Below, piece after piece: positions 61,163-64,000 of a DNA stretch of 64,000 bases. How positions within the stretch are numbered: the first letter of the stretch is position 1; every line of letters starts with the position of its first letter. The stretch covers positions 124,603 through 188,602 of the forward strand of contig NMRA01000403.1 in assembly GCA_002633005.1 (NCBI GenBank). The letters are read 5' to 3'. The position numbers and the translations under genes are program-made. Source of the stretch: Phoronis australis (taxonomy: Eukaryota; Animalia; Phoronida). The notes below the pieces were generated by a model, which did not search any database, was not told the origin of the DNA, and saw nothing but the letters and a program-made list of their open reading frames with translations.

Positions 61163-63277
61163 GTTGAAGAATTCAACATAAATCACACAGTATACCATGC
61201 TTACTCAAGTACTGAAGGTCCTCTTCATTTAAGTTTTCATCAGGGAAGGTTGGATGAAAACGGAGGAGATGACAATATCGATGACAGTTGTAACAACTTA
61301 CATAAATGTTACCGTTCTCCAACGTTATCACGTACCCTGCCTCTTTCAGTTCTTGTTCCTGGATTCAAAAGTAACCCTGAACCGTAGGGAAAAGCATATA
61401 ACAAAAACAAATCAAATTTTGAAAATCATCGCCTTCATACGATTCCGTGTTGCTGTCGCCAGGCTGATGTTCCTCCCCAACATCAATGTCGAAAATCGAC
61501 GTTACAAGTGATGGAAACTTGTGTCCTTTGTTTCTAACTTTTATCATATATTGGGATGGCATTGGGACCCACATGGTGCTTACTCGAATGGGCTTCATTT
61601 TACCAACTATTTCAAATTGTGTAGGTGAAGTAAATAAACAAACTGGGTGATTATCATCACCGGAATTTCATCATTAGTATCTTTTACCGGGTGCTCAAAT
61701 TTTCTGAGACTAGGGATTGTCAGATTTGTAAGGTAGAAGCGTTTCGCTGGATTTCCAGTGGGCCCGGTCTCTAATTTTCGAACTCGAAACAAACTCGCAA
61801 CTATTTTTGGCAATTTCTCAGCTCCTTTTGTGCGAACTTAAGATGATTGGTTATCAAACTGTGCTCGAATACATTATAGTTTATGCATAGGAGTTTCTAG
61901 TTCCAGTTTGCCCTTGAAGACCCTTTTATTCGTGCTACAAACTCGAGTAAAAATTCGAAATTTCGAGTTCAAACTCGAACTTACTGCTTTAATATTGGGT
62001 TTACAAACTGTGAACTAAGGGCAATAAATTATCTACGTAAGGTATTGTGTACTCGAGCATAGAATAACAGACACTTATCTTGAGTTCGCCCAAAAGTAGA
62101 GTAGAAAATGCCAAACCTAATTTCGAGTTCCACTTCGAGTAAAAAGATTGGGCCCAGGTCTGTGGCGTTATTTATACCGGACCAAAATTAAAAAACAAGA
62201 CCTTTGTTTAAATCAGTAGCTACATGATACGTTTTACCAGACGTGCACTGATCACTTGGAACCATTTTTATGGTTAAACCAAGCTGAGGAACTTGAAACC
62301 TGATTCACGGCAATTTTTGGCAGTGGGATTTTCTGAAAAATGCTCGTTTGATAGCAATGCACTGCAGTTTTGTAGAAACTCTGTCATAGGTTACAGACGC
62401 GTCACAGAGCGTAAATTTGATGAATTCTAGCTTACGATTTCACCTGTTTCGGAGACCGGGTTTCAACCACTTTTGGGCTATAATATGCGCCCCCCTTCCT
62501 AAAGCGGATTTTTCTAAGCGCCCTGGCCACTTATTAGGGCGAATACGGTAATATTTCAGAAGGGCAATACTTAGTACCCTTTATGCACGGGGACACTTTT
62601 GTTACATTAGGAGTGGGATTGGTTCATTATGTACCCTACAGGTGGCATAAGACTTTACAAAACTGGTTGAAGAATTTTGTTTTCGTCATAATCGTTTGTT
62701 TGAAACGCTTAAGTTTGGAAATGTTAGGACTTAAGGCGGAAATTTAAAAGCCATTTTCCAGCTTACAAAAATTTAACATTGAAGAATAAAAACAACCTTC
62801 ATACCGCTCTGGTGTAATTTCCTGTTCCATGTTTTCAAAGAAGTTGGTTGCATTTTCATAGACTGCAGTCGAGAGATTTTGAGACTGAGGTACATATTCG
62901 ACATGAAATGAGTGTGTAACCTGCTGATGAATTGCAAGATAGATTTTGACTGGTCAGGTGGTTGTTTCTGAAGTATTAATGTAATCTTTATTTATGTTAA
63001 AGGTTTTACCAGCGTTCCATTTATTTGAACACGGAATCCGATGTGAATTTGTTGAAATCGCTGATCCAAATCCTGCTGAGACCAACCATTTGATCAGGGC
63101 CAGCGAAGAGTAATTTGGTTAATTCGCTCACTAGACTATGGCTGAAGTTCCTCGTAAGGACAGGAGTTCATGAGTCACAACCTTTGGAAGAAATTTAGCG
63201 GACAATTTTCGTCAAAAAATTTACCAGATAGTTTTCATCAAAACGGAGACAACAAAAATGGATTTGTGAAGACAGGA

Positions 63278-63502
63278 TTAAGTAGCAGGCCTACCAGAGC
63301 CTCTTAAAAAACATTCATCTTCAAAGTGCCTTTCAGAACAAATGTATAAAGTCTTATTGCTGAAACAACTACCATTCACGTTGACACAAGAAATAGGCTT
63401 TTCTTCCCACAGCCGATTATGAGGTCTTCGGATGGTATGGAAGCTAATTCCTTTGCATTTCGCCTGTGTGGCCGAACAACAGGCCACACAGAAGCCGACC
63501 AT
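63278..63502 (-). pseudogene. THAP (C2CH) zinc-finger N-terminus of a decayed transposase
   Basis: MVGFCVACCS....KGISFH......LW......ICSERHFEDECF follows the THAP pattern; frame stops soon after. Confidence 0.75.
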
Positions 63503-64000
63503 GATTAGCAGATGACGTACTTGCCGGAAATTGCACCAGAAAATTTAGCCAGGTGTCGCCAGTGAATAATGACGTAAGGGCTTATGCGTAAGATCACAGA
63601 TTTCGTCCATTGAAAGTATACGGAGTTGACGGTACATGTACTATAGTCTATGGTTACCTGCACATTTTCTAAAATTTTTCAAAAATACTGTTCTCCCCAC
63701 AGACGTCAGCTTTTGATCGTCCCCAATGCACTATATAAAAAGGACATGGGGGGGCCCAGGGGGCCCGGGCCCCTCCCCCCCGCTCTTGGCTGCCGCAAAA
63801 AAAAACAGCAAGAGCGTAGGGAAATGTTGAGTTTATTAATTAACCCCGGTAATTAAAATTATACGGATGAAACAAGATTTAAATGTGTGCAGTTTTAGTG
63901 TTTGGGGGGAGTGGGGGGCTCAGATCCAATTTGAAGTGTCAAATTCGGAACACGGCGCATTCGTAACGGAACTATGGCTAAGTATAAGCTCTCCCGCCAT

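Larger units (their letters stand above)
60572..63652 (-). mobile_element. Degenerate THAP-encoding DNA transposon, P-superfamily-like termini
   Basis: CATAGAC termini at both ends, homologous to both ends of 8842-9239; flanks gctacat / gttacct resemble a decayed 7 bp TSD; THAP ORF 150 bp inside one end. Confidence 0.7.

Noticed and set aside
61215-61250. Hammerhead-like CUGAUGA...GAA on the minus strand near the histone-type loops
   Set aside because: GAAG rather than GAAA, and no stem I or stem II complementarity

Overview
Eukaryotic genomic DNA, AT-rich with GT-AG introns and two assembly gaps; the gene and repeat content suggests an invertebrate animal. Genes reconstructed by hand from splice sites and reading-frame phase: complete RPL27A (minus, 4 coding exons, 147 aa, 5'TOP start); a 16-coding-exon DENND2/ST5-like Rab GEF (plus, about 1108 aa) head-to-head with RPL27A; MTERF4 (minus, single coding exon) convergent with DENND2; and the first coding exon of an unidentified type II membrane protein (minus). 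The rest is dense in transposon relics: LINE RT and zf-RVT fragments, several MITE families with visible TSDs, Helentron/HINE-like elements whose tandem core repeats are arrays of CTCF-consensus motifs, a 1.1 kb foldback palindrome, and a THAP-encoding P-like DNA transposon plus its 400 bp deletion derivative. The most striking observation is two tandem, covarying histone-type 3' stem-loops with a correctly spaced purine-rich downstream element inside the THAP transposon, on its coding strand, with no histone ORF nearby. All calls are by eye, without database searches.
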